A stretch of DNA of 64,000 nucleotides from contig CAJINV010000004.1 of assembly GCA_905178155.1 (NCBI GenBank), forward strand, positions 5,682,828 to 5,746,827, given 5' to 3'. How positions within the stretch are numbered: position 1 is the first letter of the stretch; each line of letters opens with the position of its first letter. Shown here piece by piece: positions 1 to 11,251 of the stretch. Origin of the DNA: Amoebophrya sp. A120 (lineage: Eukaryota; Protista; Dinoflagellata). The notes beneath the pieces were generated by a model. The model was not told where the DNA came from. It made no database searches and saw only the letters and a program-made list of their open reading frames with translations. The position numbers and the translations under genes are program-made.

Positions 1-1566
1 TCTGTTCCTCCAACTTCTTCCTTCTCGTCCTTCCCCTGCTGGGTCGCTATCTTTACGCCTGCCGCGACGTCGTGCGGGTGGTCCTTTTTCGTGTAGTCGG
101 GATTCTCGTGTGCTGCTGTAGCACCGCCCACACTATCATCATCCTGCGTGAAGACGCCTGCATTTCTGTCGGACACGGAGGTCCTCCGAGGGGGAGGATT
201 CATACTAGGTCCTTCTGCGCGAGGACCCTCTGGAAGATGCGTAGTGGCCGTCGTTATTAAGGACGACGAGTCATCCAGCGACTGTACTAGCAGTGAGGAA
301 TTATGTGTAGAAGAGGCCGCATCAATATTTCTGGCGTCTCTCGCCGATGTTTCCGCACATCCGCCGCCCCCTGCGCCGGCGGTCGACGCTGCCATCGAAG
401 GCTGGCGTTCGTCTTGGAGATATTCAGTGTGCTCCCCGTGCACCACCAGCGGCCTTGTCTCTCTTTCTTGCGCACCACTACAACTCGTCCCGCTGGCTTC
501 GTTCTGTCCAAAAATCCTAGCACCGCTCGCTTCTGGAGTCACACGCTGGACCGCCGTGCTTGAAGTCACATGCTCCGACGACGCGGAAGAAGTTGTTGCA
601 GCGCTAGCGGTGGCATTCGCACTCTGCTGGTGCAGCTCGTCGTGCCCGTTATTGAGAACAGCCTTTGGTGAAGAACCACATGGAAGATTGTTCTCGGTCG
701 TCGTGTTCGTGGTCACGACCTGCGCGCAGCCACGCACCATGGCACATATGGGCTCGCCCCGAGCTTGCACTGCGGAAGAGGCTCCTGCTGAGCCGACAGG
801 AGGCTCCTTGTTCAATATCGCGGCGCCTAGTACGACCTCGCTTGTTGTACTTTCCTGCCTCCGAGGACGGTGTACTTGCTCGTTGGAGGTGGACAAAGAT
901 AATTCCTCGGAGCAGGACTGGAGGTCTCCTACAACTGCGCCGCCGTTCAGCAAACCAGTAGTACCGGTCGTACTACCACGCGAGCCACAGGTCGGCGAAA
1001 TGGGAGCTGGCGACAACCCTGCTCTGGAAGATATCCAAGAAAAAAACATTGTAGGTGTAACTTTTTTGGAGGAACTGCATCACAAATTTGTCTGGCATGA
1101 CAGCAAAAACCTGTCACGCGCAGATAGGACGTGACAACGTCCTTTAATGGACCCTACGATACATCCCAAGCATGACAGACGCAATCATCTTGCATCGTGC
1201 GCATCACAAATTTACGCTAACGACGTTTTTTTCTTGGATAGAGGTTGTGCTAGTACTACTATGGGATGCTGTTGTAGTGGTCCCTGTGTGGAAGTGGAGG
1301 TACGAGTGATATGCAAAGAAAAAGTGTTTTACAGTTGCACATGATTTTAATATTGCGGAACACCCAAGACAGACAACCTTTGTCATGCCAGAAATGCGAA
1401 CGACACTCGTTTCATACGTGTTTTTGCTTATGTTGGTCGCAGCTGCATTAGAAACCTGCTTCCCTGTCGTGAAGAGCAAGTTTCTATTGCTAGAGTCACA
1501 ACATCAACATCTTCAAATGTGCAGCTGTGAAACACTTTTTTCGTGGGATATCTAAGCTTCGCTCAT
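1..1566 (-). CDS. Low-complexity S/T/A-rich hypothetical protein, 5' part; runs off the window start
   Basis: The minus frame is open from 1026 to 1 (SRAGLSPAPISPTCGS...KDEKEEVGGT). It joins HFHTGTTTTASHSSTSTT across element 1032-1240. The ATG at 1566 is tentative. Confidence 0.6.
1032..1240. mobile_element. Introner-like intron, family E
   Basis: TATCCAAGAAAAAAAC...GTTTTTTTCTTGGATA. Flanks GAAGA/GAGGT (3/5). Removing element+5 gives T-S-R-A in frame. Confidence 0.8.
1310..1550. mobile_element. Degenerate introner-like element
   Basis: Left end TATGCAAAGAAAAAGTGTTTTACAGTTGCACAT pairs imperfectly with right end ATGTGCAGCTGTGAAACACTTTTTTCGTGGGATA. TSD decayed (AGTGA/TCTAA). Confidence 0.65.
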
Positions 1567-1634
1567 TCTCAGATCTCACTCACGACTCGGTGTCATATAA
1601 TGAGCTCCTCTTTGATTGTGTACACTTTCCTTTT

Positions 1635-4600
1635 TTAAGCTCTTCTTAGCACAGCGGCGCGACGGTCGTGAAAGATGATCGCTTTGCGGGCCAACACCTT
1701 GAAGATGCGTGCTGCAGCCCCTCGCACCCACGAGGAAACAAGAGGGTGGAGGGCAACATCACCGCCGCAGAAATCAGAAAATGGATCTGTTTGGGAAAAA
1801 AAAGGATCGATAATATTTAAGTCAGCATCAAAATTCATACGTTGCTGTGCGTCGCCGCTGGCCGGCTTCTCTGCGGCGGCAGAGGCATTGACGTTTAGCG
1901 CGGTGAGCTATGAGAGTGCACAACTCCCCCTCCCCCTCATTTGTCATGCAAAACACCTGCTCCACGCTTCGCCTCTTGGCACTGTTTGCATGAGAAGTTC
2001 TGGTAGCCCAAATAGCACTACACTCCAGTGCAAATCTGTCATGCAAAACCGGCACTCTTGCTAACGCTTGGATTGCCGTTCATGCTATACAAATGAGGAG
2101 AGGGGGAGTTGTGCGCTGTCATATGAGCATGCGATCGCGCTCCTGCTTTTTTGCGTTCTCGATAGCTTCCTGCAGCTGTCGGTCGTGCTCGTCTTTCAGG
2201 TCCTTTACCGCGTTTTCCGCTTCTTGACACCGCTTCTCCGCGTCCTTCTGCTCCTTTTTCAAACGCTTCTGCTCCTCTTTCAGAGATTCCTTGTCCTGCC
2301 GGAGTTGCGCATGGAGCGAAAAAAAGTTGCGCAAAGGAAAAATTGTTCATTCTCCTGAGTGAAGATGCAGAAACTCTTTCGTACGCCTGCGTCTGCGGCT
2401 CTGAAAGTGCAAGTTGTGCATGTAGTGATTTTACATATACCATCACACCGTAAGCTTCTTGTAGCAACGACGCGATGATCATGATTGTTTGAGGTTCGTT
2501 CAATTTTGTCTGTTCATACAGAAAACACTTGTTTGTTGACAATACAGCAACTGTTATGTCCGTATGCGGAAGACGAAGATGGCCCACAAATTTATCATGC
2601 TGACATTACATTTACAACACCATGCATGGTCGATCTTTGATGTGCAGCTGCCCTTTTTTCGTCTCATATTGCTCCTTCTCTTTGTAGTGCTTCTTTCGTT
2701 GGTATCGCAGGAAAAACTACCGCACTTTAGTGTAACTTAAACTTTGCATTCGTCTACTTTCTTCATCTAGAAAAGAGAAAAACAAAGAGCGGCAGATACC
2801 GATACGATGGTATACAGAAGATGATGTGTGCAAGCTGACCTACTTATGCAGAGTTCGCATCACGAAGTTGTAAGACCAACAAGTTACACTATAGACACTA
2901 TAGTTTTTCCAACATATTTCGTCGTTCCATTCGTCCTCACGATGCGCCCAGTTAGACCGCTGGGTTTGATACATTTTGGTTCGCAGAGATCATGGCTATT
3001 TCCCCAGTTGTATTTTTATTTTCCTAGCTCTGGTACAAGTGCTCAAGTGAAAATCGACTACTGGCATTCATAGCATTTACTTAGGTGACCTCACGGGGGC
3101 AGTGCTGGCCCCTAGAAAATGCAAAACGAAATACGAAAGAGCATCGTCGTAAACCGTGAATTCAAGCTAAAGGCTTCGCTCCTGCCGAAGTTTTACTTTT
3201 AGTTTTGTAGTCGAAATCAAAAAATATTAATATACCTCTTTGTCCAGTTTGGCTTCTGCTTTTTCCTCCATTTCCTTCATTTCCTCCTCATGTTGCTCGA
3301 TCTGCTCCTCGAGTTCTGCGTTGCGGTCGGATAGCTCCTTGTTCCGTTTATTCAGCGTTTATCAAATGCAAAAATGTCTGGATCTGGAAGAATGCAACTT
3401 GTGATGCTGCATTTGGATTCCAAAAAAATCTGTATTGCATGAGTACCAAAGGGAATGTAATTTTTGCTACGCGGAGAGGGCATTTGTCATGCGGAATAGG
3501 CATCAAGAAGCTCTCAAAAAATCTGTATTGCTAGGGCATGCATCACAGGCATCAGGGCTCATGCAAAACGTGCATGACAAGTGTCCCAATCTTCCAGACG
3601 CAGACATTTTTACAGTTGATAGCGTTTTGTTCTCGTCTTCCAGAAACTGCAGGTCCGACATGTGCGCGTGAATTTGCTCCCCCAGACGCAATATCAAATG
3701 CAAAAATGTCTGGGTCTGGGAGAAAGCAAGATTTGCCATGCATATTTCTCATGACCCATGATGGCTGTAATGCATGACCTAGCATCGCAGACTTTTAGAG
3801 GGCTTCCTGATGCACCTTCCGCATGAGAAATGCCCCGTCCGTGTAGCACAAAGCGTGCCCCTCTTGCTGGTCATGCAATACAAATTTTTTTAGAGTCCAA
3901 AAACCGCATGACAAGTTGCAATCTTCCAGACCCAGACATTTTTGCAATTGATACGCAAAAAGTCCTGCAGCATGGGTGCCTGCAGCTGCGGATGCAGCTC
4001 GCTGAACGCGCTCGCGCTGCTTGAGCCCGCGGGTAATACGGCTGCCCCGGGTAGAAGTTGTGCTCCTCCGCCGCGCGCTAGTACGTTGTTAGAGGAGCTA
4101 GTAGCAGCACCACCTCCCCCGGGTCCTCCTCCTATTACACCGGACGGCGGACGCGGTACGCCGGGCGGCAGGGAAGTAGCGGCGGAGACACCGCCACGGA
4201 GGGTCTGTACCTCGCCGCGGAGCACGTCCTGAAACGTGTCGCGTATCACGCGGGCCATAACCGAAGACAGGGAGGAGGGTCCGCCGGGGGTCGGAGTGAG
4301 GGGCCCGAAAGTAGGTCCTCCGGGAAGAGGCGTGGAGGAAATTGCGGGGTGGGTATGCACTTACAAAAAACTTTTGCATGATGTCCAGATCTGGTCGGGA
4401 AAGAGAACTACACTATATCTGTTGCTGGAACTACGAAAGGAAATTCAGATCCACTACAACAGCGAGCACTCTTGAAACCCGATTTTGCGAGCCCTGGGAC
4501 TTCATGATGGTGGCTGGACGAATGAAACAAAGAAGCACTTTGCTTTCGTATAAATATGGTTCTTTTCTTGTGGTGAATGAGTGAGGATCGCATGATGAAG

Positions 4601-6984
4601 AGGTCAACATGGTTTTTGCACTCAAAAAGCGAGTTTTTTTGCATCTGCCTTCGTTCCATGCGCAATTAAAAACTACCTCCCAGTTCCGGACATGATAAGA
4701 TGTTCGTAATGCATACGGCAGTGTGCTGGCCGCGTGTTCGGCTAGGCCGGAAGGTCCGGACGATCCGTCGGGTACCGCAGGTTGGACGAAACCTGGACCT
4801 AAAAATCGTTTCAATACGAGCGTTCTTGATTGTCAAAGGCGTGGTCACGAGTTCTCGAATTGTAGATTTGAGAAAAACTACAGGCGATGTGAATAGATGT
4901 CTCGACGACGACCGTACGTGAAAGAGTACTATTGGAACTACATCGAAGACCGTACAGCGCAACAAAATAATGATACTTTTACTTTAATATGACATTAAGT
5001 ACTCCTTCTTCTATCCAAAATACTTATTACCAGCTGGTAGCGGCCCGACTGGTTGTAGCGGCCCCGGAGCTGCTGCTCCCCCTACACCCGCAGCGTAGTT
5101 GTAAAACCCCCCCGGGGCGGACGGGGTTAGCACTTGCTGCGGCGAGGGCGCGGGCAGGGTGGCTCCTTGACCGGGAGCGAACGTGGGGAAGACGAGCTGG
5201 GAGGAGCTTGTAGTGGTGCTTGTTCCACCGGGGCCACTCGAGGTCCCGGCGGGCGGGGGCGTGACGGGGGGCTGCGACGTGGAACCGGTACTCTTCGTGG
5301 GCTGTAGCAGAGCCGTCGGCTGCTCTTGTTGTACTCCTTGTTGTGCCACCCCGCCTGAAGTAGATGCGGCTGTCGCGGTTGCCGCCCCCGCGGACGCAGT
5401 AGTTGTTGTACCACCGGGCTGCTGGTCCGGCGGCAGAGAGAGCTGGGCGGAGGTGCTCGTGGTGCCACCGGAGGTAGGCTCCGACGGCGGTGCTGCGTAC
5501 TGCAACGGCGCAGTTGTGTGCGGTGGTCCGGCGGCAGTTTGTGGAACGCCCGGTCCCGTTGCGGTACTGCAGGGTATCCAAGGAAAGAACTACTGATGTG
5601 TCGAAAAAACATAACAAGACTTGCTGGAAGTAATACAGCAGCAACAGGTGTCGCGCAACCGGAACTGATGCGTAGTCTAGTACAATAGGAATAGATACTG
5701 CTGTAAACACATACACCACGTGTGAAGTTCAAGTTCGTGTTTGCCCGTGCAGCAGCATCCAGATCCAGCATGACAAAACCGAGTACTTACTGTATTGCAA
5801 CATGGACTGCTCCTTTGCAGCGTTCCACCCACGCAGTTTCTTTCCCGCTGGATAGCCGCGGAAGTGGACACGATCGTTGTCCCACTGAGGTTCGCGTCTG
5901 GCGGCGGCACCGCGACGGCGGATGAGAGCAGCGTTGGCGGTTGCGTAGGTGCACCAGCCGCGCCAACTTGGGATTGATGTTCCCCGGCGGGCGGCCCTTG
6001 CGTTTGTTGCGGTGGAGGTGCCGCAGGAGCTGCTGCGCCGCCCGTTGCACCTGCAGTTGCGCTGGAAACAACGGCAGCTCCGTCTGGAACCGGGTCGACG
6101 ACCACTGGAGTTAATAATCCCGTAGTACTACCAGCACTTGTCGTATTGGTAATTTCTCCCGGTGCAGCGGGCGCAGCGGTCTGTTGCGCCGCCACTACAT
6201 CTGTTCCCACGGAAGGAGCAAGTCCTAGTAAAACCGGGGCGGGAGCTTGGGTCGTCGTGGCTGAAGTTGCTGTTGTTCCCGTTACACCAGCAGCTCCGTC
6301 GACCCCCGCTTGTTCCGCGGGGGGAGGTGGCTGTGCGCCTGCTCCTGCGACGCCGGTACTAGAAGAAGCCGCTGGCGGCGGGGGAGGCGGGGGCGGTCCT
6401 GAGCCAGCATTCTGGCCTCCACTGAGACTGGAATTGGTCGTTTGCTGCGGTGTCGTTGTGGTTGACGCGGCTTGGCCGGTGGCTGTAGCTGCTGTGGACA
6501 CTGCAGCAACAGCAGCAGTACCTCCTGGCGCGTTAGTGTTGTTCGCCGTAGAGAGTAGACTCGAGCCTCCGGCAGTCCCTATACCTTGCTGTTCGTTTGG
6601 CGCAGGCGGCGGGGGTTGCAATACCGGGTCTAGCTGCGACAACACTGCGGAAGATGATGTTGCTGTGTTGCTAGCTGTGTTTGCGGCGGAAATTATCGCA
6701 CCTGTCGCCGGGGGCACGACACCACTGGCGCCCGCGGACGTCTGGTGCTGCTGGCTGCTCCCCCCGCCTGGGTGTTGATCCACGACCTCCCCGGTGGGCA
6801 ATGGTGGTGGTGGCGGAGGAGCGATGGCCGTGCTGGACGAAGCGGGGCCGGTTCCCGCTATCACGCCCGCTCCTTGCGCCGCCGGGTCGGCGGCGGGCCT
6901 GCTCTGGGCAGCAGAATCCGAGCCTCCTCCTCCGACCGGCGGTGGAGGTGGCGGGGGTGGCGCGGTGGCCTCAGAGTTCTCCAT
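1635..6984 (-). CDS. Multi-exon hypothetical protein with Pro/Ala/Gly/Thr-rich N-terminus and coiled-coil C-terminus
   Basis: ORF pieces 5677-6984, 5011-5505, 3890-4360, 2119-2334 and 1635-1838 join across 5 introners and GT-AG introns, e.g. QDFLR|LGEQIHAHMSDLQFLEDENKT|LNKRNKELSDRNAELEEQIEQ. Exons between 2360 and 3230 are unresolved. Confidence 0.7.
1909..2123. mobile_element. Introner intron, family D
   Basis: TATGAGAGTGCACAACTCCCCCTC...GAGGGGGAGTTGTGCGCTGTCATA. Perfect TSD TGAGC. Frame restored (DRML|TALN). Confidence 0.92.
3360..3621. mobile_element. Introner intron, family A
   Basis: TATCAAATGCAAAAATGTCTGGATCTGGAAGA...TCTTCCAGACGCAGACATTTTTACAGTTGATA. Perfect TSD GCGTT. Frame restored. 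Confidence 0.93.
3692..3953. mobile_element. Introner intron, family A, opposite orientation to 3360-3621
   Basis: Same TIR. Perfect TSD CGCAA. The interior is a reverse-complement homolog of 3360-3621. Frame restored. Confidence 0.93.
4354..4715. mobile_element. Old, degenerate introner intron
   Basis: TATGCACTTAC...GTAATGCATA with a weak TIR and a decayed TSD. Removing element+5 joins STLP|PAISSTP in frame. Confidence 0.6.
5575..5854. mobile_element. Old, degenerate introner intron
   Basis: TATCCAAGGAAAGAACT...AGTTTCTTTCCCGCTGGATA. TSD decayed. Removing element+5 keeps frame (TSAA|STATGPG). Confidence 0.62.
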
Positions 6985-8967
6985 ACTGGTGAGTATTAGC
7001 AGGCGTAGTTCCGGCGTACGTCCTACGGATGAAGACGTGGGCGGAAGATTTACTTATTTCTACGCACTTCCAGCTCTAGCACAATTTTGCTTCCGTTTGA
7101 AGATGAGCAGGCTCGTAGTTGTTACTGCTGCTCAATACCCGTAAGTACCCACGACCTGTACGACGACCTCTCTTGTAGCCATGGCAGGGAGAAGGAGAAC
7201 CAACTCGGAGCGCTCACAACGTCGATGTTGTCTTTGGCATAAAAATCACCTTATGCGCTGCAGAAGTGCGTCGGCCGCTCGTGCTCCTGCAACCAACTCC
7301 TGAGGATGAGAACGCGGACCGCAGATGACCTGGATATTTTCGAGTAGGGGAAGTTCCGGCCTCCGGCGACGCGACATCAGTTTTGTTTGCGTTTTCAATC
7401 TTGACTCGCTGCATCGTTTGGTGTTGTTGTATATGCTTTTCTTCCTCCTATGTGGCTCCCTATTTAAGTACACAACCAAGGATAAGTAGAAGGTTGATGC
7501 TGGGCAGGTGATTGTGATCAATCATGAATGGGTAAAAATAGTGTGATGACTCTATGCAGGATTCTTACCGGCGCCAATGGTAATGGAACTATGTTAAACA
7601 TTCATAAGGAGAGACTTCTCAAGACTTGCTGTGAAGATACTTTGCGCCTGACACTGTCGTGCTTTATTCCTCATGCCAACGTGCAAAATGGCTACTCATG
7701 AAAACATGTCTTTATGAACACCAAATACATCTAGATCTATCGTGACGTCGAAGAAAAAAAATCAAAGTAAAATGTTGAAGGCATTGATATGCTCTCTACG
7801 GATAAGTACTTACCACAGAGAATCACATCTACCGTCTGAAAATAAAGCCCAAGCTGTTCTGTATTCGTTAAAAATTGCGACTTTGGCACAGTTGTTGATT
7901 TTTATAAATATAGATTTCTGATACTGATGTTGCTCTGCATGATCATCTTTCTACATCTTCCTCGGTCTCGGAGCTAGCAACCACCAACATGACTTCATGG
8001 ATCTTTTTGTTGTTCGTAATATGATGCCGCGTCTTGAAGTGCCCTGCTTTGACTTTTTCTGAAACAAGGTTCCTCGGTGGGTCTCATAGTGAAGTACAAC
8101 TTTTTCGAATTACTAGGTGCGGGAACGGACCAGGTTGCACCGATTGGATGTATGTCCAGCGATCTGTTTCTATAAATATAGTCTGCAGGTAAGTAAAACC
8201 TTCGCTCAACAACAACGTGCAAAAGAGACAGTGCACAGCCTCGTCCGTTGCATAGTCTTGTTCCGCTTTTCCATTTCAATGTTCTATGAGGAAGTGTTAC
8301 CAAGCAAGACCAGAAATCCCAATATGGCGTTTAAGCATAGGAAGCAACAGCAAGCTGGCACCACGGTCATAATTAGTACCGGCTGCAAAGCGTTGCCAGA
8401 GGACGCATTCAACTTAGCAGCATACGCAAAAGAGATTCCTGTCTGCCAGCTCCTATATGCTGAAATCATCTCCACAGGAGTACGGCGAAAAAAAAGTCGG
8501 ACTCGCTCCCTCCAATCGTGATATCGCATGATGTTGCTCTTTAAATTCATTCGTACCTCCAATAGGGTATTTTGCTCAGCAACATGAACACGCTTGTATA
8601 GAAACGAGAAGCAACACGCCCGTGGTTTATTATTTTCAGCGAGAAACCGAGGAGGCTCCTCGAGTGCTGGCACGCTTCAGATTTACCTTTCTTCTTCAAA
8701 TCGGACAATTTAAACCTCTTTTTCACGACACCAAGCGTTCTCGGATGTTGATGTGTTTCATCTACTGCAGTACAATGGAGTGCCTCGTCGAAACCGCGAT
8801 CAGGGTTCTCCTCTTGAAATACTACGATCGTCGTTGGCTTTTCTCGTCGTTCTCCCCCGTGCGTCCTTCTGCAGAAGCAGAATGAGAATTCTCCGGGCAA
8901 CGAACTACACCCCCTCCTCGGCAGAAGACAATCGTTGCCTTTAATTATTCCACCCGTGCCTCGTGGT

Positions 8968-11251
8968 CTACTTGCTCAGCGCCCGTGCAACGAGTGCGGC
9001 CCAGGTATCGACGTCTTCGCCGGGTCGGGCAGAAGAGGGACCACGACGCGGAGATGATGCCCCGTCCTCTACAGCGTCCTCGCCGCCGATTTCCCCGCAC
9101 GCCCGGTCGTCGGTCCAAGAGCTTTGGTCCACCATGCGTCCGATGTCGTCGCACCACTCCGCGTACCCCGAAACGGCGCGGCGCAGGTGCGAGTTGAGCG
9201 TCAGCTTCATGTCCTTCACGTCGCGGTCGAAGTCCTCCAGGAACCCGAGGATGGCCTCGAGTAGTCGCTCTTTCGGCTGGTTTATGACAGTGCACAACTC
9301 CCCCTCGCCCTCATTTGTATAGCATGAAGGGCAACACAAGCATCAGCAAGAATGCCGGTTTTGCATGACAAATTTGCACTGGATTGTAGTGCTACTTGGG
9401 CTACTAGAACTTGTCATGCAAACAGTGCCATCATCGTCATGTAGTGGACACCCGCTCCCAGTGCCAAGAGGCAAAGGGTGGATTGGGTATTTTGCATGAC
9501 CAATGAGGGGGAGGGGGAGTTGTGTACTTTCATATGGTTCATCAGGGAGGCAGCTTCCTCCCGCAGGCCTTCCCACTGATCGTCCGCGCCGTCGTCGCGC
9601 ATGACGACGTCCGGAGCCGCCGTGCCGCCCTGCATCAGTTCGTCTGCATCGCCGCCGCCAAACACGTGGCTGTTCCGCGCGAGGTCACCGGTAGTAGTTG
9701 CACGAAAAGTTGTCCCGCGGCCCCGGTCGTGCTGGACCTGCAGCAGCGAATGCAAGTGTTGCATCTGCAACAGGTGGCCACCCTGCATGCCGTGTGCCGT
9801 AAGCAAGAAGGTGAGATTATCCTGAGTAAAAACGTCCCCACACCATAGTCAAGATGGGGAATCGGCTAGACAAATCCACAAGTTTTGGCTGTTTTGCATG
9901 ACAAATTTGGATTCGTAGTGTAGTGCTGTTTGAGCCAGCTCAGCAGCATCACAGATCTAGCATACCATGCTGATTGGAGCATAACAAAATGCAAAACACC
10001 GCTAGAAACTGCTTCTCATGGGGCTCCGCATGAGAAACATTTTCAGCATGCAGATTTGCATTACAACTATGGGGTGGGGACGTTTTTCAATAGGATACAG
10101 ATCCCACCCCGGCAGCGGTGTCTTGCGGAGAACGTCAAAACTGCACCCCGATGTTGAGCCACTGCTGGAAAATGTCGACGTCCGCGAAGTCATATGCATT
10201 GCAAAAGTATCGTACTAGTAGTAATCGCATTTACAACAAATTGGCTCAGCATGACAAATGGAATTTGTCATGCTATTTTGCCTTGGGATGGAGATTTGTA
10301 ATGCATAACTGCGATTAGGATTACTACGAGTACGATACTTTTGCACAGCATAAGTCAGGAACTTTGTGTACTGCCGCACCAAAGCCTCCTCCAATTCGTC
10401 CGCCTTGCGGAAGCGAAAGCTGGCACGGACGCTGTTGATGGTCACCTCGACTTGGCACTTCTCGTTCTATGGGTTGCAAATATGTCTGGGTCTGGAAACT
10501 TGTGATGCAAGCCCGTGAAGAATAAGTGCTCCGTAATGCGCCGCCAAGCATTACAAATTTTTTCGTGCTTCTGTGCTGTGTATTTCGCATGAGAAACTGC
10601 GCTTGTGCATGACAGGCCAGAGGACCTCTACTTGGTGCCCACGCAATACAGAGCTCAGAGTCATGCCAGACTAGCATGACAAATCTCGCAATCTTCCAGA
10701 CCCAGACCTATTGGCAATCCATACGTTCTCGTCTCGAGCAATTACGACGGGCTTCAGCCTGCAGTCTGGGTGCATTTCCTGCACCTCGACCTCGGGACGG
10801 TGGTTTTGCCGCTCCACCACCGGCGAGGGCAGGTGTACCACGCAGAGCGCCGCTTTCAGGGTTTCAGCGACGGCCCGCAGGTAGGGCCGGTTCGTTAGGT
10901 GTTCGGGGGATGTGTGCATTGCAAATATGTCTGGGTCTGCAAAGTTGGAACTTGTGATGCTAAATTTGAATCATGCAAAAATCTGTGCTGCGTGAGCGCC
11001 AAAAACTGTCCACTTTCGACCAAGTTCAGGATAGGCATGATAGAGACTTCGCAGACGAGTCTGTCATGCTAGGTGCTGCATTGCAGACCTCATCGGGCAT
11101 GGAAAATATGCATGACAAGTCTGCACTCTTCCAGACCCAGACATTTTTGCATTGGATAGGACGCTGTGGATGTGGTGGAAGGGGGTTGGTGCGGCGGTTC
11201 CTGCTGGAGGTGCTGGGGTCGCTCCGCGGAGGACACCTTCTGGTACTTCAT
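8968..11251 (-). CDS. ARPC4: Arp2/3 complex subunit 4 (ARPC4/p20-Arc), expanded; 6 exons, 354 aa
   Basis: Spliced protein RPYLRAVAETLKAALC..PSPVVERQNHRPEVEV..LKPVVIARDENEKCQVEVTINSVRASF..ADELEEAL..FDVLRKTPLPGWDLTFLLT..KERLLEAILGFLEDFDRDVKDMKLTLNSHLR follows the ARPC4 consensus. Spliced length 1065 nt is divisible by 3. Confidence 0.9.
9283..9534. mobile_element. Introner intron, family D, inverted relative to 1909 and 48560
   Basis: TATGACAGTGCACAACTCCCCCTC...GAGGGGGAGTTGTGTACTTTCATA. Perfect TSD TGGTT. Confidence 0.92.
9818..10097. mobile_element. Introner intron, family C
   Basis: TATCCTGAGTAAAAACGTCCCCAC...GTGGGGACGTTTTTCAATAGGATA. TSD GAGAT/CAGAT (4/5). Confidence 0.92.
10193..10352. 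mobile_element. Introner intron, family B
   Basis: TATGCATTGCAAAAGTATCGTACTAGTAGTAAT...ATTACTACGAGTACGATACTTTTGCACAGCATA. Perfect TSD AGTCA. Confidence 0.92.
10468..10723. mobile_element. Introner intron, family A
   Basis: TATGGGTTGCAAATATGTCTGGGTCTGGAA...TTCCAGACCCAGACCTATTGGCAATCCATA. Perfect TSD CGTTC. Confidence 0.92.
10913..11158. mobile_element. Introner intron, family A (TGT variant left end)
   Basis: TGTGCATTGCAAATATGTCTGGGTCTG...CCAGACCCAGACATTTTTGCATTGGATA. TSD GGATG/GGACG (4/5). Confidence 0.9.

Noticed and set aside
148-1134. 328-aa plus-strand ORF
   Set aside because: Antisense shadow of an open minus-strand frame; it ends inside an introner.
2563-2668. TATG...CATA segment resembling an element
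   Set aside because: Pairing is weak, and the right part reads as plausible coding sequence (HYKEKEQYETKKGQL).
3435-3785. Short ORFs with recurring peptides (FQTQTFL, LPDPDIF, KMSGSG), also at 10.3-11.3 kb and 50.7-55 kb
   Set aside because: They are translations of family-A TIRs, not a protein family or a transposase.
7995-8900. Small minus-strand ORFs downstream of ARPC4
   Set aside because: They could be exons of a small gene, but I found no consistent splice model or family motif.
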